A DNA stretch of 64,000 bases from Bryobacterales bacterium (GTDB taxonomy: Bacteria > Acidobacteriota > Terriglobia > Bryobacterales > UBA6623). Position 1 is the first letter of the stretch. Every line of letters begins with the position of its first letter. The translations under genes and the position numbers were made by a program. Below, in pieces: positions 17,922-28,764 of this stretch. The notes beneath the pieces are model-generated. The model had not been told where the DNA came from and did not search any database. It saw nothing but the letters and a program-made list of their open reading frames with translations. The stretch spans positions 2,640,290 to 2,704,289 of the forward strand of contig OZ241991.1 in the NCBI GenBank assembly GCA_965204095.1, read 5' to 3'.

Positions 17922-18818
17922 ATGTTCACTGGTTGCGGCACCGCACTCGTCACGCCCTTTCGGTCGGACGGCTCTCTCGACGAAGAAGCATTCCGCGCGC
18001 TCGTCCGCTGGCAGTTGGAAAGCTGCATACACTTCCTCGTTCCCTGCGGCACCACGGGCGAGAACCCGACTCTCACAAAGCAGGAACACCGCCGTGTCGT
18101 CGAGATGACGCTCGAGGAAGCCAAAGGCAAGGTTCCGATTCTCGCCGGCTGTGGAGGCTACAACACCGCCGAAGTCGCTGCGCTGGCGAGTGAACTCGAG
18201 AGCATGGAAGTCGATGGACTGCTCTCCGTCACTCCCTACTACAACAAGCCCACGCCGGAAGGCCTTTATGAACACTTCCTGGCCGTCTCGAAGGCGAGCC
18301 GGTTGCCGATCGTCGTCTACAACGTTCCCAGCCGCACCGGCTCCAACGTGAAAGCGCAGACCCTGGCTCGGCTGGCCTCGATCGATAACGTCGTTGGCGT
18401 CAAGGAGGCGTCGGGAGATATCGGACAGATGGCGGAGATCTTTCAGCTCGTCCCGAAATCCTTCTCCGTTCTCTCGGGAGATGACTCCGTGACGCTCGCC
18501 CTGATGGCTCTTGGCGGCGCCGGGGTGATCTCCGTCGCCTCGAATGAGATTCCGGCTGCGTTGTCCCAACTCTGCGAAGCCTGTGCGAATGGTGATTTCG
18601 ACAAAGCCCGGGAAATCCATCGCCGCTGCCATGCGCTGATGGAGGTCAATTTCATCGAGACCAGCCCCGGGCCGGTGAAGTGGGCGCTTTCGGTGATGGG
18701 GCGCATACAGCCCAACTATCGCCTCCCGATCGTGCCGCCAACCAACGAAAGCAAGGCGGAAATCGAAAGAGTCCTGGCGGGGCTCGGCTTGACTCGAATG
18801 TTGGCTTCGGCGGATTAA
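17922..18818 (+). CDS. dapA: 4-hydroxy-tetrahydrodipicolinate synthase
   Basis: Internal start at 17922 (GGGAGG upstream) within ORF 17646..18818. Shows CGTTGE, YNVPSRTG and VGVKEASGD. Confidence 0.95.
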   Translation: MFTGCGTALVTPFRSDGSLDEEAFRALVRWQLESCIHFLVPCGTTGENPTLTKQEHRRVVEMTLEEAKGKVPILAGCGGYNTAEVAALASELESMEVDGLLSVTPYYNKPTPEGLYEHFLAVSKASRLPIVVYNVPSRTGSNVKAQTLARLASIDNVVGVKEASGDIGQMAEIFQLVPKSFSVLSGDDSVTLALMALGGAGVISVASNEIPAALSQLCEACANGDFDKAREIHRRCHALMEVNFIETSPGPVKWALSVMGRIQPNYRLPIVPPTNESKAEIERVLAGLGLTRMLASAD

Positions 18819-18884
18819 CCGGACCGGTCACCGGGTCCGACCCGCAGCCCGCGCCATCGCCGGCGGCGTTTCTGTTCATTCATC

Positions 18885-19724
18885 ATGCTCGAACAACTCA
18901 TCGATCAACTCTTCGCAAAAAACCCTGAGAACTATGACCACCAGGACATGGAGGCCTTCCAGGAATTCAAGGAGGCCCTGAACTCGGGTGCCGCTCGAGC
19001 CGCCGAGCCCGACCCGGACTCTGCGCCGGGTTGGAAGGTGAACCACTGGGTGAAGCGCGGTATCCTCGTCGGCTTCCGGATGGGCAAGACCGTCGATATG
19101 TCAAAGGGTGACGACCGCTTCTCGTTCTTCGACAAGTCGACTTATCCACTACGGAATTTCGATCTTTCGAACAGTGTCCGGATCGTACCGGGTGGATCGA
19201 GCGTCCGCGACGGCTGCTACATCGGAACCAGCGTGACCTGCATGCCACCGATGTACATCAACGTCGGAGCTTACATCGACGACGGAACCATGGTGGATTC
19301 GCATGCCCTCGTAGGCAGTTGCGCGCAGGTCGGTAAGAATTGCCACGTCAGTGCCGCAGCGCAAGTCGGGGGTGTCCTCGAGCCCGTCGGCGCTCTGCCG
19401 GTCATCATCGAAGACGATGTTCTCGTCGGAGGCAACTGCGGAATCTACGAAGGAACCATCGTCAAGAAAGGTGCCGTGCTCGGCTCAGGCACGATCCTCA
19501 CAAGATCAACCCCCGTCTACGACATCGTCCACGAAACGGTGCTCCGCGCCGAAGATGACATGCCCCTCATCATCCCGGAAGGCGCTGTTGTCGTCGCCGG
19601 CAGCCGTCCGATCACGAAAGGAATCGGCAAAGAGTGGAACCTCTCGCTCTACACGCCCGTCATCGTCAAATACCGCGACGAAAGGACCGACGAACGAATC
19701 CGGCTGGAAGACTGGCTGCGCTGA
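18885..19724 (+). CDS. dapD: Tetrahydrodipicolinate N-succinyltransferase
   Basis: [17 protein letters not shown] followed by hexapeptide-repeat left-handed helix sequence. Adjacent to dapA. Confidence 0.9.
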   Translation: MLEQLIDQLFAKNPENYDHQDMEAFQEFKEALNSGAARAAEPDPDSAPGWKVNHWVKRGILVGFRMGKTVDMSKGDDRFSFFDKSTYPLRNFDLSNSVRIVPGGSSVRDGCYIGTSVTCMPPMYINVGAYIDDGTMVDSHALVGSCAQVGKNCHVSAAAQVGGVLEPVGALPVIIEDDVLVGGNCGIYEGTIVKKGAVLGSGTILTRSTPVYDIVHETVLRAEDDMPLIIPEGAVVVAGSRPITKGIGKEWNLSLYTPVIVKYRDERTDERIRLEDWLR

Positions 19725-19889
19725 CCAGAGACCTCCCAGGGTTGCAGGTGCGCGGCATGTTATGCCGGCGGGGGTAAAGTCACCATACGATGACCATGGC
19801 CCTTGGCGCTTCCACGACCCTAAGTCCCGAGGGCAAATCAATGCACACCGTTGTATGATGGACCTTTTTTTCGCACAGCCAAAGACCCG

Positions 19890-21248
19890 ATGCACCCATT
19901 CTTGATTCTCCTCATCGCCGTCGCCGCGGTATTCGTGCTGATCATCCGACTCCGGGTGAACGCCTTTGTTGCGCTCATCTCGTCGGCAATCCTGATCGGC
20001 CTCCTCTCACCCGACATCGCTGTCAACGAGGTAGTCCCGGCCGTCGGTGAGCGCTTCGGGGATGTTGTCGGCCGCATCGGCATCGCGATCGCCATGGCCG
20101 CCATCGTCGGCCAGTGCCTGATGGAAAGCGGCGCGGCCGACCGCATCACCCGCCGCTTTGTTGCCTGGCTGGGCGAGGCCCGTTCCTCGCTGTCGCTGGT
20201 CGCGAGCGGCTACGTGCTTTCGGTGCCCGTGTTCTCGGATACCGTCTTCTATCTCCTGGTCCCCTTGGCGCGGGCGATGAGCGTCCGCATGGGCGGACGC
20301 AACTACGTTCTCTATGTGATGGCGATCTCCGCCGGCGGATCGGCCACGCACGTCTTCGTCCCGCCTACGCCGGGACCACTCGTAATGGCATCCACCCTCA
20401 GTGTCGATGTCGGCATCGTCATTCTCGTAGGTCTGTGCGTCGCGCTGCCCGCGTCGCTGTGCGGCTGGCTCTACTCGATATGGATCGACCGCAAGCTCGA
20501 CATCCCGATTCGCGAAGCGCCCGGGCTTTCCCTCGACGAGCTCGGCAGGATCGCGACGCGGCCCGAGGAAGAGTTGCCCGGTTTCTGGGCGTCGATGTCA
20601 CCGATCCTGCTGCCGGTCGTGTTGATTACCTCCAATACGGTGGCGAACACCTTCTACGAGGGAACCGGCCTCGCCCGCCTGACCGCTTTCCTCGGGAACC
20701 CGAGTTTCGCTTTGCTGGCCGGCGCGGTCGTTTCGCTGTGGCTCCTGGCTCGTCAGAACCGTCTGTCGCTCAAGCAGTTGGCCGTCCCCGTCGAGGAGGC
20801 CATCAAGAGCGCCGGCGTTATCATCCTGATCACCGCGGGAGGCGGGGCCTTCGGCGGAATGCTCGTCCTTGCGGGCGTCGGCGACATGCTCGGCGAGTCG
20901 GCGAGCGAGTTGGGCATGTCGCTGATGCTGCTCGGTTTCCTGCTCGCCATGCTCGTCAAGATCGCCCAAGGTTCCGGCACCGTCGCGATGATCACGGCTT
21001 CCGCCATCATGGCCCCGCTGCTCGCGTCAGCAGACCTGACCTACCACCCGGTCTATGTTCTGATGTCCATCGGCAGCGGCGCTCTCATCGGCACCTGGAT
21101 GAACGACAGCGGCTTCTGGGTCTTCCGCACGATGACCGGACTGACCGAGATCGAAACGCTGCAAACCAAGACAGCTCTCCTTGTCGTGTTGGGAACCACC
21201 GGCTTCGCCGTCACCCTGCTGGGAAGTTGGCTCTTCCCACTCGTTTAG
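19890..21248 (+). CDS. GntP-family (gluconate-type) permease
   Basis: ORF 19851..21248. Polytopic membrane protein with GntP-like N-terminus (LILLIAVAAVFVLIIRLRVNAFVALI). Its TAG stop (21246-21248) abuts the repeat. Confidence 0.85.
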   Translation: MHPFLILLIAVAAVFVLIIRLRVNAFVALISSAILIGLLSPDIAVNEVVPAVGERFGDVVGRIGIAIAMAAIVGQCLMESGAADRITRRFVAWLGEARSSLSLVASGYVLSVPVFSDTVFYLLVPLARAMSVRMGGRNYVLYVMAISAGGSATHVFVPPTPGPLVMASTLSVDVGIVILVGLCVALPASLCGWLYSIWIDRKLDIPIREAPGLSLDELGRIATRPEEELPGFWASMSPILLPVVLITSNTVANTFYEGTGLARLTAFLGNPSFALLAGAVVSLWLLARQNRLSLKQLAVPVEEAIKSAGVIILITAGGGAFGGMLVLAGVGDMLGESASELGMSLMLLGFLLAMLVKIAQGSGTVAMITASAIMAPLLASADLTYHPVYVLMSIGSGALIGTWMNDSGFWVFRTMTGLTEIETLQTKTALLVVLGTTGFAVTLLGSWLFPLV

Positions 21249-21520
21249 CCTGCATTTCTCACCACGCGGCGAGGCGAAGTGGGTGAGAGGGCCGTCAGGA
21301 CTAGGCTCAAGCCGGGCGGAGGAAAAAGGCACGAGCCGCTTGGCGCGCGCAGGCGTTCTTGAACAGTACGTCGAGCACGGCAAGCAAGCGCAACGCAAGC
21401 CGCCCTTGAGCGACGGCCGTGCCGCCTGCCCAGGTTTTGGGGTCACGAAACACGAGACACGAAACACGAATCACGGCCTTTTTTCGCGTGCTTCGACCGT
21501 CGGGTGGTGAGACATGCAGG
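21249..21520 (+). repeat. Hairpin repeat family, copy 3 (long variant, 272 bp, with heptad tract 21444-21476)
   Basis: Same termini and core, plus extra GGCTCAAG..CTTGAGC and GGGCGG..CCGCCC complementary inserts and cacgaaa cacgaga cacgaaa cacgaat cacgg. Confidence 0.9.
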
Positions 21521-21765
21521 TTAGGCCCGGTCAAGCCACATTGCGGTTTGTTTCGGTCGAGATGGCAAGGGCTGCATTCCCTCCGCTCTCGACTTCTACT
21601 GCCGAGCCCGATGTTCGGATGACATTCTTCTCGCGGACGGGGCTCACAAGCTCTGCTATGTGTTGGGCTGCGAGGTGTCTTGTAGAGGGCGCGAACCCTA
21701 TTGGGAGACAAGCCTCATCGCATTCAATGCGCTTACCTGACTGCGGCGAAGCTTTTTCGCCGATC

Positions 21766-23397
21766 TCAGTCCGTCTCAGTACCCGCGGGTAACGCGAACG
21801 CCACGACGTTCACTCCGGAGCAGACAGCCAGGTACTGCCGGCCGTTGACCGCGTAGCTGATCGGCGAGGCCGAGATTCGCGTACCCGTGTTGAAGTGCCA
21901 CAGCGGTTCGCCAGTCTTGGCATCGAGGGCGGTGAAGAACCCCTGATCGTCGCCCGCGAAGATCAAGCCGGTGGCGGTCGAGACCAGCCCGGCCCCGTAG
22001 TGCCGGGAGTTCACTTGCTTGTACTCCCACTTGCGCTCACCCGTTGTCAGGTCCAGCGCGCGGACGAACATCTGCCAGGGGAACCGTGGCGATTCGATAT
22101 AGCCCGTCGCCGCATACGAAAAGCCCCCGGGACGGAACTCCTGCTTCGATTTATAGCTGACGCCGCAACCCTCCTTGACCGCCAGGTAGAACCAGTTCGT
22201 AGCCGGGTTGTAGGCTGGCGACATCCAATTCGTCGCGCCGGAGGTAGATGGGCAGACAAAGTTGCCCTGCAGCGTCGGCTCCACGCCCGGGACGCGGATC
22301 GGCCGGCCGGCCTCCGTCAGTCCGCTGGCCCAGTTCAACTTGTCGATGAACGGCACGCCCTCGAGAAACTCGCCGGTCTCGCGGTCAAGAACGTAGTAGA
22401 AACCGTTGCGGTCAGCATGCGCCAGCAGCTTCCGTAGACGGCCCTTGTAGGGAGCGTCGACCAGAATCGGGATCTCTACCGAATCCCAGTCGTGCAGATC
22501 ATGGGGAGTGAACTGAAAATGCCACTTGAGCTTGCCGCTGTCGGCGTCCACCGCGACAACCGACTCGGTATACAGGTTGTCGCCTCTTCTCGATTCGCCG
22601 TCAAAGTCCGGCGCGGGGTTCCCGATGCCCCAGTAGAGCAGGTTCAACTCCGGATCGAAGCTCCCCGAGAGCCACGTCGCGCCGCCGCCGGTCTTCCACG
22701 AATCGCCGGCCCACGTTTCGTTGCCGGGCTCGCCCGGACGCGGAATCGTGTAGAACCGCCAAAGCCGTTCACCCGTCGTGGCGTCGAAGGCGTCCAGCCA
22801 GCCGTTGAGTCCGTAGTCGCCCGCCGCGTTGCCGGCGATGATCCTGCCGTCAATCGCAAACGGCGCCGCCGGCGACCAGTAGCCGTCCTCGGAACTCGCA
22901 ATCTCCGATTCCCACACCATGCTCCCGGTGCGGGCATCGAGAGCGACGAGATGAGCGTCCGGCGTGGAAACATAGACAAGATTCCCCAGCACCGCGACGC
23001 CGCGATTGTTGCCGCGCTGGCGAGCCGGCTCCCGACGCCATTTCCAGATCTGGCGGCCGGCGCGGGCATCCAGCGCGTAGACCTCATTGGGCTGGCTCAC
23101 GTACATCACGCCGTCCACGACGATGGGCACGCTTTCCAGCCGCCTGGCTCCCGGCATGGGAAAGATCCAGGCGGGTGCGAGCTGACTCACGTTTTCCTTG
23201 GTGATCTGATCGAGCGGACTGTGGCGCTGCGAGTCGTAGGTTCGGCCGTACGTGAGCCAATTTTCAGGCGGTGGGTCGAGAAGCTGTTCGTACGTGACTT
23301 CCTCGGCCGAAAGTCCCGCCGCCAGCAATCCTGCTACCAATGCGCACCGAAAAAGACGGCCCATGCCGCCGGCTCTGTTGCTCATCTCAGCTATCAT
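21766..23397 (-). CDS. PQQ-dependent alcohol dehydrogenase family protein, paralog of 12807..14399
   Basis: NWLTYGRTYDSQRHSPL and FTPHDLHDWD, colinear with the other quinoprotein. Its ATG overlaps the upstream cytochrome stop (ATGA). Confidence 0.9.
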   Translation of the reverse strand: MIAEMSNRAGGMGRLFRCALVAGLLAAGLSAEEVTYEQLLDPPPENWLTYGRTYDSQRHSPLDQITKENVSQLAPAWIFPMPGARRLESVPIVVDGVMYVSQPNEVYALDARAGRQIWKWRREPARQRGNNRGVAVLGNLVYVSTPDAHLVALDARTGSMVWESEIASSEDGYWSPAAPFAIDGRIIAGNAAGDYGLNGWLDAFDATTGERLWRFYTIPRPGEPGNETWAGDSWKTGGGATWLSGSFDPELNLLYWGIGNPAPDFDGESRRGDNLYTESVVAVDADSGKLKWHFQFTPHDLHDWDSVEIPILVDAPYKGRLRKLLAHADRNGFYYVLDRETGEFLEGVPFIDKLNWASGLTEAGRPIRVPGVEPTLQGNFVCPSTSGATNWMSPAYNPATNWFYLAVKEGCGVSYKSKQEFRPGGFSYAATGYIESPRFPWQMFVRALDLTTGERKWEYKQVNSRHYGAGLVSTATGLIFAGDDQGFFTALDAKTGEPLWHFNTGTRISASPISYAVNGRQYLAVCSGVNVVAFALPAGTETD

Positions 23398-24221
23398 GGC
23401 GCCTGGTTCGGCTCGACCGAACTGCCCTCCCTCCTACGTAGCGACAGGCGGCTCAGGAAGGCGAGCAAATCCCGAAACTCTGCTTCGCTCAGGCGTCGAT
23501 CGTAATCCGTGGGCATCAGCGACTTCTCACCGTAGACGATCTTGTCGATCTCTTCGCTGGAAAACAGGTAAAGGCGATCATCATCGCCGATCATCTGGAG
23601 CGAGAAGTTATGCTCGTTCTTGCTCACTCCCGAGATCGTCCGTCCTTCCTTGGTCGTAACCGTGACGGGGCGGTATCCCAGCGGCGGATGCGGCTTTTCC
23701 ACGGTCATCGCCTCCTGAATCCGGTTCAGCGACATCTGTGCTCCGAGGTTTGTCAAATCCGGTCCCAACAGACCCCCTCGACCGCGGATCACATGACAGC
23801 GGCCACATTCGCCCTTTCCCCAAAAAATATTGGAGCCTTGTTGAATGTCGCCGTCGACGGGAACATCGATCGCTTTCGCCCGCAGGCTCCGGATCCAGGC
23901 TACAATCCGCCAGGCATCGTCTTCCGGCAAGCCCATCGGCGGCATCTCGCTGTCGGGAATCCCTTCTTGAATCGCTTGAAACAACTCCGTATCCGTCTGC
24001 CGTAAATAGCGCCGCTGCGCCGCCATTGCCGGTCCGCGGTCACCGGGTGCTCCGTCAACGCCATGGCAGACCGTGCAGAGCTTGTTGAAGAGCGCATGCC
24101 CCTCGGCGATGACTTCCGCATCGGACCCCAGGGGATTCTCCGCCTCTCCGGCCAGGCAGGGTTGTCCCGGCAACAACATCACACAAACCAAGATTCCCAG
24201 ACCGCGCCAACCCCGAGTCAT
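23394..24221 (-). CDS. Di-haem cytochrome c, paralog of 14513..15319
   Basis: ORF 23394..24365 trimmed to the Met at 24221 (MTRGWRGLGILVCVMLL signal). Shows CTVCHG, CGRCHV and C-terminal SLMPTDYDRRLSEAEFRDLLAFL. Confidence 0.85.
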   Translation of the reverse strand: MTRGWRGLGILVCVMLLPGQPCLAGEAENPLGSDAEVIAEGHALFNKLCTVCHGVDGAPGDRGPAMAAQRRYLRQTDTELFQAIQEGIPDSEMPPMGLPEDDAWRIVAWIRSLRAKAIDVPVDGDIQQGSNIFWGKGECGRCHVIRGRGGLLGPDLTNLGAQMSLNRIQEAMTVEKPHPPLGYRPVTVTTKEGRTISGVSKNEHNFSLQMIGDDDRLYLFSSEEIDKIVYGEKSLMPTDYDRRLSEAEFRDLLAFLSRLSLRRREGSSVEPNQAP

Positions 24222-24707
24222 TTCCAGTTCATGATGATAGCTGAAGATCCCGAACCACATCATTTCTACGGATTTCTGCCCGGGCGTTGATCGTTGACGA
24301 GTATGAACATGGCCGAGCTGAGGTTCAGGCAATCCCACACCAGCCGACATTCCCACAAACACCACACGTTTGTGTTCGTGTTTGGGCCGGTTTTGCGGTA
24401 TAGTAGTCTGACGCCGTTATTTTTGTTGTCAGACAGGCCGCTTCCTGGCATCCTGGAAATCGTAGCGCCAAGGAGGTTGCAGCCCCGGTTGGGTGTCACA
24501 GACGACAGGCTCCTCGGTCGTTCGGAGCCCGCGAAAAGAAATCTGATTCGCCGAAAAATACAAGGAAGAACACGTCTGAACAGCGGTCCAGGACGTCAAA
24601 CAGAATAGGAACCTTGCCACCCCGGTGTAGTGGAACAGCCGGGCCATCGGCAACGTTTTGTGCTTTAGGAGCATCTAATAAGTGAGAAGCTGTGCCGGAG
24701 AACGTGC

Positions 24708-26264
24708 ATGACCCCTATTGAACTGAAACAAAACAACTTGGCGGGGTCTGGTGGAGCGGTGTCAGCGGTTTCCGAGGATCCGGCCGACCTTGATGAGCTC
24801 GAGTTGGATGAGCGAAATCGTCAAGAAGCCGAGGAGTTTGCTGAGGATCTGGAAGCCTCACCCGCTGAGGACAGTGTTCGTTTGTACTTGTCGGAAATGG
24901 GCGCTGTCTCCCTTTTGACCAGAGAGGGAGAAGTGCGATTGGCGAAGCGGGTCGAGAGAGGCAACCATCGCGTCATCAAGGCTTTGGCACGGACCCCCTG
25001 GCTTTGGAAGAAGTTTGTCGACTTGCGGAATTCGCTGCAGTCGCAAGAGGCTGACCTGCGCTATCTGCGCTATATGGTCGAAGTCGAGGGTTCCGGCAAC
25101 GACCCTGTTGCTCGAGCCAAGACGGTTGCCAAGTTGAAGCGGCAACTGGCCACGATCACGCGTCTCATCGGCGAGCTGCAGGAACTCTCACAGAAGAAAG
25201 AGGCTCGAGCTCAGTCTCGAAAGGCCATCCGTCGCCGTTGGTACTACCGGGTCGCTCGTAAGAATGTCCAACTCTCGCGTGCGATCGTTCAAAGCGTGAT
25301 CAAGTTCGACGTCTGGAAGCTGTGGGCGCGCAACTTCGAGGAGGCAGTCCCGGAACTTTTACAGGAGGCGGAACAAGCCAAGCAGGCTCGCGAGCTCCAT
25401 GAGGCCAAAGGCGTCAAGACCTCTCCGGCCACTCGCAAGCCCGGTGATCCAGTCGTCGTAACGACGGTCTTGGCCCGTGAAGATGTGCTGTACGCTCTGG
25501 AGCGTATGCGCGCGGGGCGCGATGAGGCCGATGGGGCCCGGGCGGCATTGGTCGAGGCTAACCTGCGTCTCGTAGTGTCCGTTGCCAAAAAGTACGTCAA
25601 CCGCGGCCTTCATTTGTTGGATCTTATCCAGGAAGGCAACATGGGCTTGATGCGCGCCGCCGAGAAATTTGACTATCGGCGGGGCTTCAAGTTCTCGACG
25701 TACGCCACTTGGTGGATTCGTCAGGCCGTCACTCGCTCTCTGGCCGACCAGTCGCGAACAGTGCGGGTTCCCGTGCACATGCACGAGCAGCTCAACAAGT
25801 TCCTGCGAGCCTTGCGCAGCTTGGAGAAAGAGGTGAACCGCCCGCCGACGAATCGCGAAATCGCTCGGCGCATGGATACGGACGAGGTCAAGGTCGAGGA
25901 ACTTCGCTCGATCTCTCGCACCCCGGTGTCACTCAAGACGCCGGTGGGCCGAACGGGCGAATCTTCGCTCGAGGACCTGATTGAAGATCCGGCCGGTTCG
26001 TCTCCGGTGGAAAGCTTGCTCGCCTCCGATGTCAAGAAGAAGACAGCCGATATCCTCGGCACGCTCTCACCGAGTGAAGAAAAGGTGCTGCGGCTGCGAT
26101 TCGGCATCGGCTACGACCGCGAGCACACGCTGCAGGAGATCGGACGAGAGTTCGAAGTCACTCGAGAGCGCATCCGACAGATCGAGGCGAAGGCCCTTCA
26201 GGCCCTCCGAGATCCCGAGCGGGCCAAGAAACTCCGCCAGCTCCTGCTAGCCTCCAACTCGTAA
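24708..26264 (+). CDS. rpoD: Primary RNA polymerase sigma factor
   Basis: Acidic N-terminus, [12 protein letters not shown] (region 2.4) and [24 protein letters not shown] (region 4.2). Confidence 0.95.
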   Translation: MTPIELKQNNLAGSGGAVSAVSEDPADLDELELDERNRQEAEEFAEDLEASPAEDSVRLYLSEMGAVSLLTREGEVRLAKRVERGNHRVIKALARTPWLWKKFVDLRNSLQSQEADLRYLRYMVEVEGSGNDPVARAKTVAKLKRQLATITRLIGELQELSQKKEARAQSRKAIRRRWYYRVARKNVQLSRAIVQSVIKFDVWKLWARNFEEAVPELLQEAEQAKQARELHEAKGVKTSPATRKPGDPVVVTTVLAREDVLYALERMRAGRDEADGARAALVEANLRLVVSVAKKYVNRGLHLLDLIQEGNMGLMRAAEKFDYRRGFKFSTYATWWIRQAVTRSLADQSRTVRVPVHMHEQLNKFLRALRSLEKEVNRPPTNREIARRMDTDEVKVEELRSISRTPVSLKTPVGRTGESSLEDLIEDPAGSSPVESLLASDVKKKTADILGTLSPSEEKVLRLRFGIGYDREHTLQEIGREFEVTRERIRQIEAKALQALRDPERAKKLRQLLLASNS

Positions 26265-26351
26265 CACCCAACCGGGCGGCATTCCCGGCCGCCCGGATCC
26301 ACGATACGTCCCCGCGGCAAGCACCAGGGCGAAGAGACATCACCAGCTTAT

Positions 26352-26599
26352 CCTGCTTTTCTCAACACGTGGCGAGACAAAGTGCGTGAGAGGGCCGTCA
26401 GGACGAGGCACGAGCCGCTTGGCGCGCGCAGGCGTACTTGAACAGTACGTCGAGCACGGCAAGCAAGCGCAACGCAAGCCGCCCTTGAGCGACGGCCGTG
26501 CCGCCTGCCCAGGTTTTGGGGTCACGAAACAGGAGACACGAAACACGAATCACGGCCTTTTTTCGCGTGCTTCGGCCGTCGGGTGGTGAGAAATGCAGG
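26352..26599 (+). repeat. Hairpin repeat family, copy 4 (long variant, 248 bp, heptads 26523-26555)
   Basis: Ends cctgcttttctcaacac / ggtggtgagaaatgcagg. Its right end abuts the TAA stop (26600-26602) of the minus-strand gene. Confidence 0.9.
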
Positions 26600-27391
26600 T
26601 TATGTCCCTGTGCTTGAATAATTCGCCACTCCCCGGTTCCACAAGACGATCGCCCCGGTCAAGAAAACTGCCATCACCAGCGGCAGCAAGGCCACGTACG
26701 ACTGATACTCCATCCTCTCCAGCAATACCGTCGAGGGATAGAAGCTTGCGAATGCAAAAGGAATCACCCAACTCAACAGAAACTGCACCAGCGGGCTATA
26801 GATATTCAGTGGATAACGTCCAAACGCCAGCATGTTGTACACCGGCGGGATAATACCAACCCGATCCTCCACCCAGAACGAAACGCAAGTCAGCATCAGG
26901 AATACCGCCAGGTAGATGATCAACCCGCACAAAGCAGCAGCGCCTAGAAACGCCCAGTCTTCTGGACCGTGTCGCAAGCCCAGCTCGTTGCTGGTGTAAG
27001 CCACGATGAAAAGGCCCGTGGCGGTGTCGCTCAGCGCCTCCAATCGGAACTGCTCACTCATCACTTGAAACAAGGAGTGGACCGGCCGTAGCAGAATTCG
27101 GTCAAACTTCCCTTCGACGATGTACGACTCGCCGAAGTAATACAGATTGATGCTCACCACGTTGAAGAGTGACAGCGGGATCAGCCCGAACCCATACAAG
27201 AAGAGAATCTCGTGAAACCGCCAGCCGGCAATCTCCGGCGCGCGTTGAAACAAGATGAACACCAACGCGATGCCGAAAGCGGTCGCAATCATGGTTGTGA
27301 TGACGGAAACGACGAAGTCGCCCTTGTAGGCCAAGCGCACTTTTGCATACTGCAGAAAATACTGTCCCAGCAGTTGGAGGTAACGTCCCAT
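26600..27391 (-). CDS. ABC-2-type transporter permease-like membrane protein
   Basis: Six predicted hydrophobic spans. The N-terminus YAKVRLAYKGDFVVSVI resembles ABC-2 family permeases. No ATPase partner in the window. Confidence 0.7.
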   Translation of the reverse strand: MGRYLQLLGQYFLQYAKVRLAYKGDFVVSVITTMIATAFGIALVFILFQRAPEIAGWRFHEILFLYGFGLIPLSLFNVVSINLYYFGESYIVEGKFDRILLRPVHSLFQVMSEQFRLEALSDTATGLFIVAYTSNELGLRHGPEDWAFLGAAALCGLIIYLAVFLMLTCVSFWVEDRVGIIPPVYNMLAFGRYPLNIYSPLVQFLLSWVIPFAFASFYPSTVLLERMEYQSYVALLPLVMAVFLTGAIVLWNRGVANYSSTGT

Positions 27392-27412
27392 CCGAATCGA
27401 CTCTGATAAGAA

Positions 27413-28726
27413 CTACGTCTGATCCACGCCTCGTAGCACTTCGCCCATCTGTTCGATCACCCGATTCGTTTCCTCCTCGGTAATCACATAGGGCGGCATG
27501 AAATAGAGCACATTGCCGAGCGGCCTGAGAAGCAAACCACGTTGCAGGAACTCGCGATACAGTCGTGGTCCGATATCTGAGAGATACCCGTCATCCTCGG
27601 CCAACTCGACAATTCCCACGCCGCCGATGATGCGCACATCGTCCACGCAATTGAGTGACCTCATTGGTTCAAGCCCCTCGCGGAGCTGTTTTTCCAGAGC
27701 CGCGATTCGCTGCAGCGTGCCCTCTTCCCGAAAGATATCGAGGCTCGCCAGCCCCACGGCGCACCCCAGCGGATTCGCCGTGAACGAGTGCCCGTGAAAA
27801 AACGTCTTCGTGCGATCGTCACTCAAGAATGCTTCGTAGACGTCGTCTGTCGCAACGGTCGCAGCCAGCGGTAAATATCCTGCCGAGAGTCCCTTCGACA
27901 AGCACGCGATGTCCGGACGGACCGGTCCGTGCTCGCATGCGAACATTCGCCCGGTGCGTCCGAAACCGGTCATCACCTCGTCGGCAATCAGCAGCGTCTT
28001 GTGCTCGTCACACAGTTTTCGAACACCGCTCAAAAACTCCCGAGGCCAGACGATCATTCCGCCTGCGGCTTGCAGCATCGGCTCGACGATCACGCCGGCC
28101 ACACGTCCCTTCTCCTCCCTCAGGATCTGCTCCAGGCTGCCCAGGCAGTCGATCGCGCAGGTAGAGCGTTCCAGGCCCAAAGGGCAACGGTAGCAATAAG
28201 GCGCATCGGCCCGCGCTACACGGAACAGCAGGTCCTCGAAAGCCTTGGTAAACACCGATTCCTCGCTCACTGACATCGTTCCGACGGTGTCGCCGTGATA
28301 CGCGAACTCGAGAGAGACAAACAACCGCCGCTCTGGCTCGCCGCGATTGCTCCAGTACTGGTAGGCCATCTTCAAAGCCACCTCGACGGCCGTCGAACCA
28401 TCGTCGGAATAAAAAATCCGATGCAAGCCTTCCGGCAGAACCTCCACCAACCGCTCCGCCAGTTCCACCGCCGGCCTGTGCGTGAAGCCGGCAAAGATCA
28501 CGTGCTCGAGTTCCCGCGCCTGCCGCGCTAGCGCCTCGTTCAACTTCGGATGGCTGTGCCCATGGATATTCACCCACCAGGATGAAATCCCATCGAGGAT
28601 GCGCCGGCCGTCCTCCGTATACAGATAAATCCCTTCACCCCGCACCACCGGGATCGGTGGCGGCGCCGTCTGCATCTGCGTATACGGATGCCACAAGCGC
28701 GCAAGATCCCGATCGACCAACGTCAT
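27413..28726 (-). CDS. bioA: Adenosylmethionine-8-amino-7-oxononanoate aminotransferase
   Basis: WHPYTQM and DEVMTGFGRTG; sits in the bio operon. Confidence 0.95.
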   Translation of the reverse strand: MTLVDRDLARLWHPYTQMQTAPPPIPVVRGEGIYLYTEDGRRILDGISSWWVNIHGHSHPKLNEALARQARELEHVIFAGFTHRPAVELAERLVEVLPEGLHRIFYSDDGSTAVEVALKMAYQYWSNRGEPERRLFVSLEFAYHGDTVGTMSVSEESVFTKAFEDLLFRVARADAPYCYRCPLGLERSTCAIDCLGSLEQILREEKGRVAGVIVEPMLQAAGGMIVWPREFLSGVRKLCDEHKTLLIADEVMTGFGRTGRMFACEHGPVRPDIACLSKGLSAGYLPLAATVATDDVYEAFLSDDRTKTFFHGHSFTANPLGCAVGLASLDIFREEGTLQRIAALEKQLREGLEPMRSLNCVDDVRIIGGVGIVELAEDDGYLSDIGPRLYREFLQRGLLLRPLGNVLYFMPPYVITEEETNRVIEQMGEVLRGVDQT

Positions 28727-28764
28727 TTCAACCCTCTCGCCAACCCGGAATTCATGTCAGAAAC

